Below, one piece after another: positions 38,217 to 51,393 of a DNA stretch of 64,000 nucleotides. Within the stretch, counting starts at the first letter, position 1, and every line of letters begins with the position of its first letter. Origin of the DNA: Stegostoma tigrinum. Lineage: Eukaryota. The stretch spans positions 111,299,558-111,363,557 of the forward strand of contig NC_081357.1 of NCBI RefSeq assembly GCF_030684315.1, read 5' to 3'. The notes under the pieces are model-generated. The model saw only the letters and a program-made list of their open reading frames with translations. It was not told where the DNA came from and searched no databases. A program made the translations under genes and the position numbers.

Positions 38217-38362
38217 GCTCTAAATAGAAAACTGAAGCTTGAACATTAAGAAAATCTCTTGATGCTATGTTTTGTCCACCTGTCAGTGTGCCTGCTGGAT
38301 AAGGCACTGGCCTCCAAAGTCAGGGATTGTGGGTTCAAATCCCATCTAGGGTGTCTGATTTT

Positions 38363-38670
38363 GGGCAGCACAGTGGCTCAGTGGATAGCACTGCTGCCTT
38401 GTGGCAGCAGAGACCTGGGTTCGAATCCACTGTCTGACATCTGTCTGTGTGGAGTTTGCACATTCTTCCCATGTCTGTGTGGGTTTCCTCCGGGTGCTCC
38501 AGTTTCCTCCTGCTGTCCAAAGATGTGCAGGCTAGGTGGATTGGCCATGCTAAATTGCCCCAAGTGTTTAGGAATGTGTAGATTATGGCAGTGGGTCTGG
38601 GTGGGATGCTGTGAGAGTTGGTGTGGACTTGTTGGGTCAAAGGGCCTGTTTGCACACTGTAGGGAATCTG
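38363..38670 (+). mobile_element. HE1-type V-SINE
   Basis: A box tggctcagtgg, B box gggttcgaatcc, V-domain-like core and CR1-like tail. Confidence 0.88.
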
Positions 38671-38687
38671 AGCTCCAGAACCATAAA

Positions 38688-39007
38688 ACAAACATAGGAG
38701 TGGAAGTAAGGCCATTCAGCCCATCGAGTCCACTACACCATTTAATCATGGCTGATGGGCATTTCAACTCCATTTACCTGCATTCTCTCCGTAGCCCTTA
38801 ATTCCTTGCGAGATCAAGAATTTATCAATCTTTGCCTTGAAGACATTTAATGTTCCGGCCTCCACTGTGCTCCATGGCAGTGAATTCCACAGGTCGACCA
38901 CAGAAATGTCTCGTTTTCCATTCTAAATTGACCCCCTATAATTCTAAGGCTGTGCCCACGGGTCCTTGTCTCCTTGTCTAATGAAAACACCTTCCCAGCA
39001 TCCACCC
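38688..39007 (-). mobile_element. CR1 3'-end fragment (similar copy at ~49905-50165)
   Basis: ataggagtggaagtaaggccatt...ccttgcgagatcaagaatttatc shared by both copies; minus frame reads VFSLDKETRTRGHSLRI. Confidence 0.8.
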
Positions 39008-39369
39008 TTTTTTTTAAAAAAAAGGACCGTGAGTGATAGAAAATAAAGGCCTTCGAAATATAGTTGCTAAAATGTAATTTTACTCTGATCAATGAAGAGG
39101 AGCTTGAATCTACAAGAAGTTATATCCAGAAAAGATAATGTCAATGTTTCAGCCACCTGATCCAAACTCAAAAAATGAAATTGTGCATTGCTTTTTTTAA
39201 TGTAAACTTGGTTGTATTAGTTTTTTCTTTAGAAAGAGTTCCATTTAGCGTATTTTTTAAAACAGACTATGCACTTCTAGGAAAATATTTTGATCGTGAA
39301 TGATTTGCTTAAAAGGGGTTGGTACCTTTGTTTTTACCGCTTTGCTTTTTAATGTTTCTTTTTAACTAG

Positions 39370-39552
<183 letters not shown>

Positions 39553-39606
39553 TAGTACCGTTCTAACTTTTCCTGTGTGAACTTATTAAAATATTTTTCT
39601 TTACAG

Positions 39607-39671
39607 AGGAGAATTTTGCCAAAGCCAACTAGGAAAAGTAGAAACAAGAACAAACAGAAGCGTCCCAGAAG
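39607..39671 (+). CDS. RPS7: RPS7 coding exon 4
   Basis: ttacag|RRILPKPTRKSRNKNKQKRPR(S)|gtaaat, 65 nt. Confidence 0.98.
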
Positions 39672-40439
39672 GTAAATATCTTTTTTTTTAATAAAACACT
39701 GAGCAGTTCAGCAGAAATGATGTTTGGTACATCACTTGTTATAACATGATAGATGGTGGGGAAATCTGATTTGGAAAGCTGGGTAAAACACAAGTGCAGT
39801 TTGTTTTCCTGAGAAGCATGTCCGGGTGGATGTAATCAAATGGGTTGAATTTGGGCACTGACTTCCTAAGGAGTTGTAAAATTGGTATTGTGGAACATGT
39901 GGCTATGGTTTTGCGTTTTAGATCTAACACTTCACTTTTTTTGTCTAAATGTAGAAGTTTAGTTTGAAGCAATGATTTGGCTTGTGAAAGTGGGACTAGT
40001 TAAAGACTTGTTTGAAAGACAAAACAAACAATGGGCAGAACACAAAGTTATAGTCAAGTTGTGTAGTGAATTTTTAAAGTTAAAATATAAAGATTATTAG
40101 CGGGTTGACATTAGGGAGTGTTTTGGAAAACAGCGAAGGGACACCAAAAACTAAATATGGATCAAAAAATGTGGGACATTAAAGCAATTAGCTGGAATGT
40201 AATTGTAGACTGAGAGCTTTCCCAAATATGAAAGGAAGGGTAGCTAAAATAAACATTGATTCCTTGGAAGTAGAGGCAAAAGTAGCAGTTATTATGGGCA
40301 TAAGGAAATGGCTGACCTTAAGCAAATGTTTTGTACCTGTTGTCAGAGAAGGCACAAGTTGCATCCAGCAAGAGGTTAACCTGATATTTTAAAATGTTAA
40401 TTAAAAATTTTGCAAGAAATCATTCCAGAATCTAAATTT

Positions 40440-42410
40440 TGGAAGAAGAACACCAATTGTTGACCATGTCTGTAGTCACCTTCAACACTGTAAGGTAGAT
40501 CATCAGGTCTTAGGAGCTTATCAACTTGACTCCCATTAATTTCTCCAGAACAACCTTTGTACTAATACGGACTTCTTTGAAGTCCTCATTCTACTTGGTG
40601 AGTTAATCTTATTTTTCAGATTTTTTTTTTTGTATCTTCCTCAGTCATCTTCCTAATCATCTAGCTCTTGTTTCTCTGTTCCCTATTTTAATTTCTCTTA
40701 ATTCTCCTTCCAATTAGCCCACATTTGTCTTAGCTAAGCATTCTCTTTATACATACCCCTTTTATAGTCCATTTTGTTTTGTTGCTAGATTGAACTTGTA
40801 TTCTATGCATCCTTTCCTTTTCCGTTTCTTGGTTCCCTTAGCTGTTATCTGTTAACTTTGCAATCATCAGATTTATTGCTGTTTCCTGCCATTTTAAAGT
40901 TTGCCCATTTCCTATGTACAGTCAATCTTTCTAATGTACTTTCCTGATCTAGTTTAGCGAAGTTGTGCCTCATTCTTTAATCATTTCCCTTGGTCAGACT
41001 TAACACCCTTGCTGCAGAATAAACTAACTCCCTTTCAAATGTAATGTAATGTAAAATTTTATCACATTGTGGTCATTCATCCCTAAAGGTTATTTTAGAA
41101 CAAATTATTAATTTGCAGTTTTCATTACATAATACTAGATCTAAAATAGCCTGACCCCTAGCTTTTGAAGTTGCTGCTCTGGAAAACCATTCCTAAGGTA
41201 CTCCAGAATCTTGTTGTCACAAGTCTAGTGCACTTCTGTATCCAGTCAATATACAGATTAAAGTCACCCATGATAACTGGAATAAGTGCTTCATGCTTTG
41301 CTCCTCCTAATTTTGTTTCACTGCTCATATTACCACTACAGTGTGGCTGTTAATTAACAATTTATGCTGCCTCTTAGTGTTTTAATTCCATCTGAACAGA
41401 TTCTGCAAGTTCTTCTTTCTGATCTGAGGTCCTTCCTTATGAATATACTGATCCCATGTAGTACTATCAGTACAATTCCTTTTCCTTTCTTCAAAGGGTC
41501 ATACTGCACTCGGTGTTGCCTGCTTCTCTTTCCACAAATGCTACTGAATTTTTCCAATACTTTCTATTGTTTGTTCAGCTTTCCAGCCTCAAGTATTTTG
41601 CTTGTCGTTTTCTTCCCCACTTGTTCTCTTCTAAATGCAGAATATTAATGAATATTCTGTTCCCATTTGTGGTGAACATGTAGCCATGTTTCTATAAAGG
41701 TAACTGTATTGTAACCATCTACCTGTACTTATACCGTTACACCATCTTCCTTGTTGCAAATGTTGCGTGCGTTCAGGTGGAGTGCTGTTATTTTTATCTT
41801 GTTGCTAGCATTTGGCTTTCGTAGCATACTTGAAACTTGCTTTGACTCCCTTACAGCTTTTCTTCAACTTTACTCCCTTCCAATTTGGGTTACCCCTCCG
41901 GTTCCTGGCCCTTGACAAGCTAATTTAAACCAACCCTAGTAGTAAATCTCCCTGCAAAAATATCAGTCCCAGTCCTCTTAAAATGTAACTCGCCCAGTTT
42001 GTCCATGTCCCTATGTCTTAAATGTGGTGCTTGCCCTCCCTTCTACACCAATTCTCCAGTCCCAGTCAGTTCTCCACTGTTGTACTAACTAGCGTGTGAC
42101 ATTGGGAATAATCCTGCATTTACTGCTCCTTAAGTTGTGCTTTGTAATTTCCTCCCTAACTGCCTGAACTCTGCTGTCATAACTCGTTCCTGATCCTAAC
42201 TATGCCCTTGTCAATCTGGGCCATGACTTCTGGGATTTCCTACTCCCTGAGAAGGACATTCTACTGCCACTCAACATCATCCATGACCTTTGAACCTAGA
42301 GTCGGATTTTTATACTGTAGAAGTGTGTGTTTGAGCCCTGACTACAAAACACCCTTCTATCCAATCCTTTACTCCCATATGCTGAAACAGCTTAGACAGC
42401 CCTGACACTG
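40440..42410 (-). mobile_element. Old decayed CR1-like LINE (5' part / endonuclease region)
   Basis: Minus-strand remnants such as a DK..xPD-like motif at ~40500-40525 and IMGDFNL at 41255-41275; many stops. Confidence 0.6.
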
Positions 42411-42489
42411 TGGACAGGTTAGTGGCTGCACTCTACTGAGGAACTGTTATCATCACTAGTTTCCAGAATGACATACTGCTTGGCAAGTT

Positions 42490-44570
42490 ACAGGGAAAAA
42501 AAGGACAGGTCCACAGGATAAGATGCTGAACTGGTCCGCGGCCAATTTTGGGGCCATTAGGCAGGCTGTAGCAGAGGTAGCTTGAGTGAGTCTGTTTGAA
42601 GGAAAACAAACGACTGGCAAATGGGGGTACTTTTAAAAGTATGATATCAAGAGTACAGGAACAGTATTCCTCTATTAGGGTCAAAGAAAAAGCCTGTAGG
42701 TTTAGGGATCCATGGCTGACAAGGGTTGTTGAAGCTCTCTTCTGGAAGAAAGAAGACATACGTTGGGTTTAAGCTGTCAGGCTCAAGTGAATCCCTAGAT
42801 GACTAAAAAGTGTAGGAGCATACTTAGGGAATGAGAAGAGCAAAAAAGAGGGTAAGAGATGGATCTAGCAGAGAAGGTTAAAGATAACCCCAAGAGGTTC
42901 TGTTGCTATATGAAGAGTAAAAGGGTCTCGGGAGAGAATAGGTCCCCTTTAAAGACCAGCAAGGCCGTCTTTGTGGAGCCACATGAGGTGGAGAATTTTA
43001 ATGAACATTTCTCCTCAGAATTCATAATTCTCACCTCAGCAAATAATGAGGGAATAAGGGAAACAAGTGGGGATGTTTTGGACCACGTGCATATTACCAG
43101 ACAAGAGGCGTTTGCAGCCTTAAAGTGCATTAAGGTGGATGAATCCCCCTGAGCCTGATCAAGTTCATCCTTGGATGATATGGGAGGCTAGGGAAGAAAT
43201 TTCAGAGGACCTTGCAAAGATTTTTGCTTCATCTTTAGCCTCTAGTGAAGTTCAAGAGACTAGAGGGTGGCAAATGTTTTTCTATTGTTTAAAAAAGGTA
43301 GCTAAGCCAAGCCAGGAAACGACAGACCAGTGAGCCTGACGTCAGTGGTAAACTAGTTATTGGAGAGGATTCTGAGGGACAGGATCAACCAGCATTTGGA
43401 CAGTCAAGATCTGATTAGGGATAGTCAACATGGGTTTGTGCATGGGAGGCCACATCTGACAAATCTTTTGAGTTTGTTGAAGAGGTAACCAAGAAGTTAG
43501 ATGAGCGTAGGGCAGTGGATGTTGTCTGTATGGACCTGAATAGCAGACTAGTCACAAGTTATGAGAGTTCCAGGGAGAGCAAGCTGATTGGATTCAAAAT
43601 TAGCTTGATGGTTGAAGGTTGTTCTTGGACTGGAGGCTTGTGATAGTGGTGTGCCACACGGGTTGGTGCCTACGACCTTTGGTATTTGTTATTTACATAA
43701 ATGACTGGATGTGGATTTACGAGGCATGATTCGTAAAGTTTGCTGATACACAGTTAGGAAGTATAGTTGATAGTGAAGGTTATCAAAAATTTGAGGGATC
43801 TTGTTCAGATGGGGAAGTGGTCTGAGGATTGGCAAATGCAGTTCAGTGTGACGTGTTGCACTTTGGAAAGTCAAACTAAGGTAGGACTTCTGCAGTGAAT
43901 GGTAAGGTCATGAATGTTGTGGAACAGAACATAGTTTTTTTGAAAGTGATGTCATAGGTAGGCAGGGTGGTGAAGAAGAATTTTAACATGATGGACTTCA
44001 TGGGTTGAGGCATTGAGTGTAGGAGTTGGGATGTTATGTTACAGTTGTATAAGTTGTTGGTGAGGCTGCACATGTGTATAGTTTTGGTCGTCCTGTTACA
44101 AGAAAGGCATAGTTAAACTGGAAAATGTGCAAAGAAGACTTAGAACAATGTTGCCAGCACTAGTAGGCTTGAGTTATAGGGAGAGGTTGCCAGGATAAAC
44201 CTTTATTCCTTGGAATGTAGTTGAATGAGGGGTGACCTTATTGAGGTATATAAAATCATGAGGGGCATAGATAGGATGAATGCACATAATCTTTTTCCTT
44301 GGCATGGGGAATTGAAGACTGGAAGGGTAGGTTTAAAGGGAGAGAGGACAGAGTTAAGAATGAGCTGAGAGGCAACTTCTTCATACAGTGGTGCATATAT
44401 GTAATGAGCTGCCAGAGAAACTGGTTGAGGCAAGTACAGTAGCAACATCTTTAAAAAAAAAAGGGAGGTGTTTAGAGGGATATGGACCGAATACGGGCAG
44501 TTGCAACTAGCTGAGAGGGCACCATGGTCAGCTTGGACCTGCTTCTGTGTTGTATTCCTATATGACCCTA
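42490..44570 (+). mobile_element. Decayed CR1 LINE (ORF2 RT to 3' tail)
   Basis: KVKDNPKRF, IKVDESP.EPD, YRPVSLT-like and SQHGFV remnants, with a CR1 tail ending ~44570. Confidence 0.85.
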
Positions 44571-45181
44571 TGTGTGTTTTGCCCCCACCCCACTCTATGT
44601 TCCTATGTCTTCTATCTACATAAAACAGTAACTACAGCCATTGCTCAAGTTTTGAAACCCAAAGCTTAAGCTGTGTAACCCTTGACACTTACCACAGATG
44701 TTTGTCTGGCACAAGTGGTACAACCATGATTTCACACACCCCAGGATGCACACTCCAGTTGTCCTTGCTGGCTTGCCATTCTGTAGCTGTGCAAATTATT
44801 TGTCACTCTTGTAATAAACTTGTTATGAAAGCTTATTTTTAAACTTCATTTTACCTGACTTATTCCTTCATCTTTTGATTGGGGATAGTCAGCTGTTGGC
44901 TTTCCACAATGCACAGTCTCCAGAAAAGTGTTCATACATTTAATTTCATTACTATGATGCAAGGTTTGTGATTTGTAAATATTGTAATATTATTTGTTTG
45001 TCTTTGAATTCTCAAACTTTGATCTAGTGGTATAAATTTTCTGTATCTGAATGTGTTTAATTGTAAACTTGTACATGTTTCTTTTGCTTTGTTGACTTCT
45101 ATCAAGACTGTTTGTTTGGAAATTTCCTGGTTTTTCTTTAGATTGAGAGAGTTTATAAGCAACTAGTGTAAAGAGTGTCTC

Positions 45182-45405
45182 CGAGATGATAGGAACCTGA
45201 GAATCTGAGATAACAGGGTGTAGAGCTGGATGAACACAGCAGGCCAAGCAGCATCGGAGGAGCAGGAAAGCTGACGTTTTGGGCCTAGCCCCTCCTTCAG
45301 AAATGAAGAAGATCTTTCTGAAGGGTCTAGGCCCAAAAAGTCAGCTTTCCTGCTCCTCTGCTGCTTGGCCTGCTGTGTTCATCCAGCTCTACACCTTGTT
45401 ATCTC
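45182..45405. mobile_element. Palindromic PLE pLTR element
   Basis: Inverted arms; TSD CTA(G/A)TGTAAAGAGT at 45163-45176 and 45405-45418. Both hammerhead cores mutated. Confidence 0.85.
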
Positions 45406-45806
45406 TAATGTAAAGAGTAGTGTTTTGAGTTTTTTTTCATACTGTAGATTTTGGATTTTTTTTGGTTGGAGGTGGAGGAATGTTCAGGGATGTTTACAAT
45501 AACTACCTCTTTTTATTTTAAAAATGTTATCTTGGTGAGAGAAGTTTAGAAGTTGCAGACCAGAAACATTTGGCGAAAACTTGGAGTTATTTGAAGCAGA
45601 ATAAGTCTAAGCTTAATGAACCTCATAGCAATTTATCTGAAATTTAAGATACATGATGATGGTTTTAGCATTTATTGGTATAGAACTGTCAAAATTAACG
45701 TAATATTAAACTTTAATGTTTTAGTTTTTTCCTTGTCAAATTTTTCGTATGCGTGTTAGTTTAAATTGAAGTCTTCAGTCCTCAAATTGACTGACTGTTT
45801 GTTTAA

Positions 45807-45998
<192 letters not shown>

Positions 45999-46613
45999 TA
46001 ATGCAGATACACCATCTTAAGGTGCATTTGTATAATTCCTTATTTCCATTATTTATTAGGAATATTCTCAAGTTTTGACTTAATTTCCGGTGATCCCCTA
46101 ATTAATATTTAGTGCATGCAATTCTGCTTTTATTACTGTTGAACCTATGCTTATTGAAACTTAATGTTTAATTTGCAAATTTTAAATATAGATAAGCAAG
46201 GGTTGGATTCTCTGAACAGTTGTGTGCTATGTGTTTTCTGGAGTGTTGAGTACAATGATGGAATGGCCTTTTCCCACTATTGGGTATTTTGTGCCAGCTG
46301 TTGGATGCAATCCTGAATGCCCCTGAAACTAATCCTCTAAAAAGGAGGTGAATGATGTAAACTCCTCAGGTTTTTATAGTTAGTATGTACTGTACAATTT
46401 GAGAGATACCTGTTGCATGTCATTGAATGGTAAATGGTTCATAAATTTTAATAAATAAAACAAAGAGGATGTTGGAAATCTGAAAAGAAAACAAATAGCT
46501 GGAGAAACTCGAGATCTGGCAGCATCTGTGGACAGCAAGCTGTCGATGTTTTGAGTTGACTGATTCTTTAGAACTTCTGAAGAAGCATCACGAGTTGAAA
46601 TGTTAACTTTTTA

Positions 46614-46965
46614 GGGGAGGTGTGGCCTAGTGGTGTTGTCACTAGACTGTAATTCAGAGTTCCGGGTAATGTTCTTGGGACCTGAGTTTGAATCTGTCAT
46701 GACAGCTGTTGGAATTTGAATCCATTAGACTCTTAATTCTAGATTTTTCTTTTCTTTTTAATGGTGACCATGAAACCATTGCTGAATGGTGCATTCCATA
46801 AACCACGTTTGTATCTGGTGCACTAATGCCCTTTTAAAGAGGGAAACTGTCATTCTTGCCTTGCGAAGCCTGCATGTGACTCCAGGTCCACAGTAATGTG
46901 GTTAAATCTTAAAATTAGTGATAGGCAATAAATGCTGTAACATCCGCATTCTGTGAATGAATGAA
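46614..46965 (+). mobile_element. tRNA-headed SINE, second family (preceded by an old pLTR remnant ~46460-46610)
   Basis: ggaggtgtggcctagtggtgttgtcactagactg...; homologous to 10915-11210. Confidence 0.72.
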
Positions 46966-47385
46966 TAAAACATTTTCTTCACTTGCATTTCAGAAGACCA
47001 AAGCCACAAACTTTGCCTAGCCTACTGACTTTGTATAGCTTCTTTTTGTTTGATTCAGACCTAACAATGTCACACTCCACCTCTGTGTATTATGTTTCAT
47101 ATTTGATCTTTGTGTTGGCTTCCAACCACGAGCCTGTGCTCCCATACTGCAGTCCCCTCCCAAAAAAAACCCATGCCATTGTCATTACTTGTATCAAGTC
47201 CTGCTCAGCAGCCAGTCCTATGCTTGTGATATACATTTGGCTGTTAATGAGACATCGTGGTGATTTCAGATTCCTCAATGGCTTCAGGCCCTCAACTTAT
47301 TTCTTCCAGCCTTAGTGTTTGGAATCCCTATCACCCTGGTATCCCTACCACTGCACCACAAGACCCCAGATGAAGTACCTTTAAA

Positions 47386-47694
47386 TTAGATTAGATTCCC
47401 TACAGTTGTGGAAACAGGCCCTTCGGCCCAACAAGCCCACATCGCCCATTGATGCATCCCACCCAGACCCATCTCCCTATAACCCACACACCCCTTGAAC
47501 ACTATGGGCAATTTAGCATGGCCAATCCACCTAGCCTGCACATCTTTGTACTGTGGGAGGAAACCGGAGCACCTGGAGGAAACCCACACAGACATGGAGA
47601 ATGTGCAAACTCCACAGTGACAGTCACCTCAGGCTGGAATCGAACCCAGGTCCCTGGTGCTGTTCGGGCTGCAGTGCTAACCACTGTGCCACCC
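47386..47694 (-). mobile_element. HE1-type V-SINE
   Basis: Reverse complement of the HE1-type sequence; tail (tctaa)n at 47386-47396. Confidence 0.88.
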
Positions 47695-48449
47695 TTCCTT
47701 TTGTGATGACACGGTTAGATATCATGGTGTTCCTGGTGGTTGAATCCAACTACTTGGGCCAAGTTAGGCAAATGTTTGGAAATGCTTAATTTGGCTGCAG
47801 AATCCTTAACAGCTGTTCTGTACACACAATAAGAAGTGTGTAATTCCTCATTTCTTGGGATGTGCTCTGCTGGATTTTTGAGCCAGTTTGCTAATGTATG
47901 CCCCATTTAACTAAGTTCAACCTGGCAAATTTGAGAGAAGAGCCTGGTTAGTATGTTGGTTGATCCATCATCTGTGAGTGCTATAATGTTAGGATGTGTC
48001 CAATCTCCGGCTGTTTGTAAGTTAAATTGGCTGATTTGTCAATGGCTAAAGTATTGTGGACTTGTCTTTCTCTAGTTTTATGAACAAGTATGCTTCAGTT
48101 GACTTGATCTGGAAGATGTTACTGCCTCCTTTTAAGTTACCTTGGCTGTGTCCTTGAACTACCACCCTCCGTTCCCAGACCAAGCTGGGGAACGACTAGC
48201 TGTAGTAAGCTAACCAACAACATGTAGCAAGTCCTCAAAGTGCCAACTAGAATTCTCTGGCTTTTCATTCCCTAAAGGGCATATCGCAATGTTACTGAGA
48301 GTATCTTTTTGTAAGTACTGCAGTTATTGTGTACTGGGACATGAGAAAAGGTTTCTGGAGGAAATTCATTCAGAACAATTCTTGTTATTATGTTTGTTTT
48401 TCACTAACTTGTTGGTTTGGAATCTGACATTCTGTTTTTCCCTCCCCAG

Positions 48450-48527
48450 GTGGATACATTTTCAGCTGTCTACAAGAAACTAACTGGCAAGGATGTTGTA
48501 TATGAATTCCCGGAGTTCCAACTGTAA
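48450..48527 (+). CDS. RPS7: RPS7 terminal coding exon
   Basis: ccccag|[25 protein letters not shown]. The six exons total 585 nt = 194 aa + stop. Confidence 0.98.
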   Translation: MDTFSAVYKKLTGKDVVYEFPEFQL

Positions 48528-48545
48528 ATTGTAAAGAATGGCCTG

Positions 48546-48551
48546 AATAAA
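48546..48551 (+). terminator. RPS7 polyadenylation signal
   Basis: AATAAA 18 nt after the stop, followed by a GU-rich tract (ttgtggttgtgcttgtgtg). Confidence 0.85.
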
Positions 48552-51393
48552 AAAAATCAATACTGCCTTTGTGGTTGTGCTTGTGTGCCTTAATATTGCA
48601 GAGGTGTTTGGTTTCTCTCCTTAATTGAATCAATTTCAGTTCATTGTTGCATCTGGCTTTACTTTAAATCGTAGGAACACTTCCATCTTCATGTAACTAA
48701 AGTGATTGTGCTGCTGCAGTTAAATATCCAATCAGTTTTGAACCCCAGATTATGTTAATGGCAGGACATTTAGTGGTCATAATACACTTGAATGTTGGGG
48801 AGGTTAGTTGGAGTTTGTTGTTTGTCTCACTGGCACTTTGCTGGTTTTTCTTACCATGTATGTTCCTGCAGCTGGATGTCAAAACCCCTCTGGTTATGGA
48901 GCTGGACCTAATTTCTGAATTTAACTACCTCACTACTTAAAAGTATATTTCAAAGTGAGCAAGTATGAAAACTTGTGTAACTCCATTGTCAGACCTCATG
49001 AACTTAGCTGCTTAGCTCACTGAACTTAGTGCTTTTAGTGATGTAATGTTTCTGCGTTGCTTTTTGCACTCCGTTCCTTGAATCCAGGAATCAAATGTTT
49101 TATCTTTTGGTAAGCTAAATTTTCCATAGTTCCAGAGGACCCTAAGGCTTCTCATTATGGAGGAAAAAAATTACTGGTGTTGGTTTATCCTGAAAATCAC
49201 CATTACCTTGGGTAAGTTTGAAAAGGCAGACCTTGGTGGAGATGTTTGCTGGTCAGCAACTGAACCATGTGTCTGTCACAAACGATCGGTGCAGCCAATT
49301 GAGCATTAGCTGTGTGGATAGTGCAAAGTTGCTGCAAGTGTAACGGGCACATTATAACAAGTTGAAACCCTATTTGGGTAAGTTAGGCAAGAATCTTCTT
49401 TCTCTTTTGCTTCCTTGCATGTGCTGTGTAAAAGATTGAGATGTTGATTAGAGTTGCCACTCTCCCATTTTAAGTTTAGCACATTGGTGGAGAGAGGATC
49501 TTGGATGCAATTAGATTATCTACCCACAGTAAATTTACCATGGAAAGCATGAGCTGAAAGGTCTCCAGGTTGATATGTGACCAGCAGACATTGTTTGTAT
49601 ATCATGGAATGTACTGTGACATAAATTATGCAAGGTGCATGACCCTGTAAAATCCGTTGCATTTTCAGTATCTTCTATTCTCAACTTCACCTTCCACACC
49701 AGCGCTTTATCCACTGGGGTTCTCAATCGTAACTGTTCCATTACCTGCACTTCTCCATTTGCTGTTAAAACTACATCTTAATAACCTAGAGATTTGACAG
49801 ATTGCCCTCTGCAGTTTTCACCTTGAACACTCCTATGTCCCATCCCTGTCAGTTGCAACATTCCATAATGGACATTAACTCTGACTTATGGTCTAAAATG
49901 GGTAGATCATAAGACATAGGAGTGGAAGTAAGGCCATTTGGCCCATCAAGTCGACTCTGCCATTTAAATCATGGCTGATGGGCTCCACTTCCCTGCACTC
50001 TCCCCGTAGCCCTTGATTCCTTGTGAGATCAAGAATTTATCGATCTCTGCCTTGAAGCCATTTAATGTCCCGGCCTCCACTGCACTCTGTAGCAATGAAT
50101 TCTACAGGCCCACCACTCTGGCTGAAGAAATTTCTGCTCATTTCCGTTTTAAATTTACCCCCTCTGCCCTTCCATTTTCATTGTTACTATTTAGAGCCTT
50201 GTTTCTAGGTGGAACAACGTTTCAGATGAGCATCAGTGAACTATACTCACAGCTTAATGTGGTCTTCCCTACAATGTGAAGCCCAAACTTTGTTATGCTG
50301 AACATGTCTGTTGTTCTGCAGATGGGAGCTTGAGCTTCCAGTCAGTTGCCATTTAAACTCCGCCTCCCATTTTGACCTCAATCCATTCTACTTGAAGTTG
50401 AGTGCACAGCATTTCAACTTGTAGACAATCTTGGGCAATTTCCACCCGTCTAGATTTACTGTTAAGATCAATCACCACCATTTTGTCAGCAGTTGCTGGT
50501 GGTAATTTTCAACATGTTCAGAGATGTGATTACACAGCTCTGGAGCAGGTGGTTCTTGAACCCCAGCCTCCTGGCTCGGAGGTAGCACCCTGCACTGTAA
50601 CAGAAGAATTCTAGTGGGAGCTGAGAAGTATTTCCAAGTTTGTGAGCAAGTGAATTGGAAATCGCCATAATCTGAGGAGTGTAGGCTGCTCTCTTATCCA
50701 AACAAGGCAGCTTGTGGTGAGTTTTCCCTGAGGGTCACCAAGCTCCTGTTTATACATGCAATCAATTTTCCTCCCCTGCTAAACAAATCTCTGGCTGGAT
50801 GTCAAAGTTTTCAGAGCACTACGTTACCTCCCTCTGTGTGTTCCCAATATGTCAAATCGTCATTTTGCTGTCACTGATCTTTGGCAATGTCCCTATTTCC
50901 CACCACCTCTTTGTTTCCAACTTCATTGTCCCAAACACTCAGCTCATTTCTGCTTGTTCTCTGCAATGCCAAATCTAACCCCCACCCAACACCACAGCTT
51001 ACCAAGACTCTACACTGCCTTGATACATCTGTTACTTTAGTCTGACCTTGTCTTCTCAGAACTTGATTTCTTTGCAACTTCCGGATGACAGCAGGGGTCT
51101 AGAATGGTGAGGAGGCTGTACAGATGTAACATAATTGAAGTGGCCAAATACATGGAGCAGTAATGTAGATCCAGAGTGCACAAAGCAGTATCGGAGAGAA
51201 ATCTGCAATACATTGACGGAGAGGATCAACTGAAATCCGATTGAGTTGATTTGAAGGATAGAACAATCTACTGGTCTTAGTTTCCATGTTTGAAGTCTTG
51301 TCTAATGTGTTCCTAATTACCACTGTGACTATTCTGTTGCTGCAGTATGAAAATTTGCCTTTCTCTAGCACAGCTTATGTATGGTTTCGAGCG

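Noticed and set aside
39712-39775. C/D-box-like ATGATGT...CTGA in an RPS7 intron
   Set aside because: Imperfect C box, ~55 nt long, weak terminal stem and no rRNA complementarity that I could identify.
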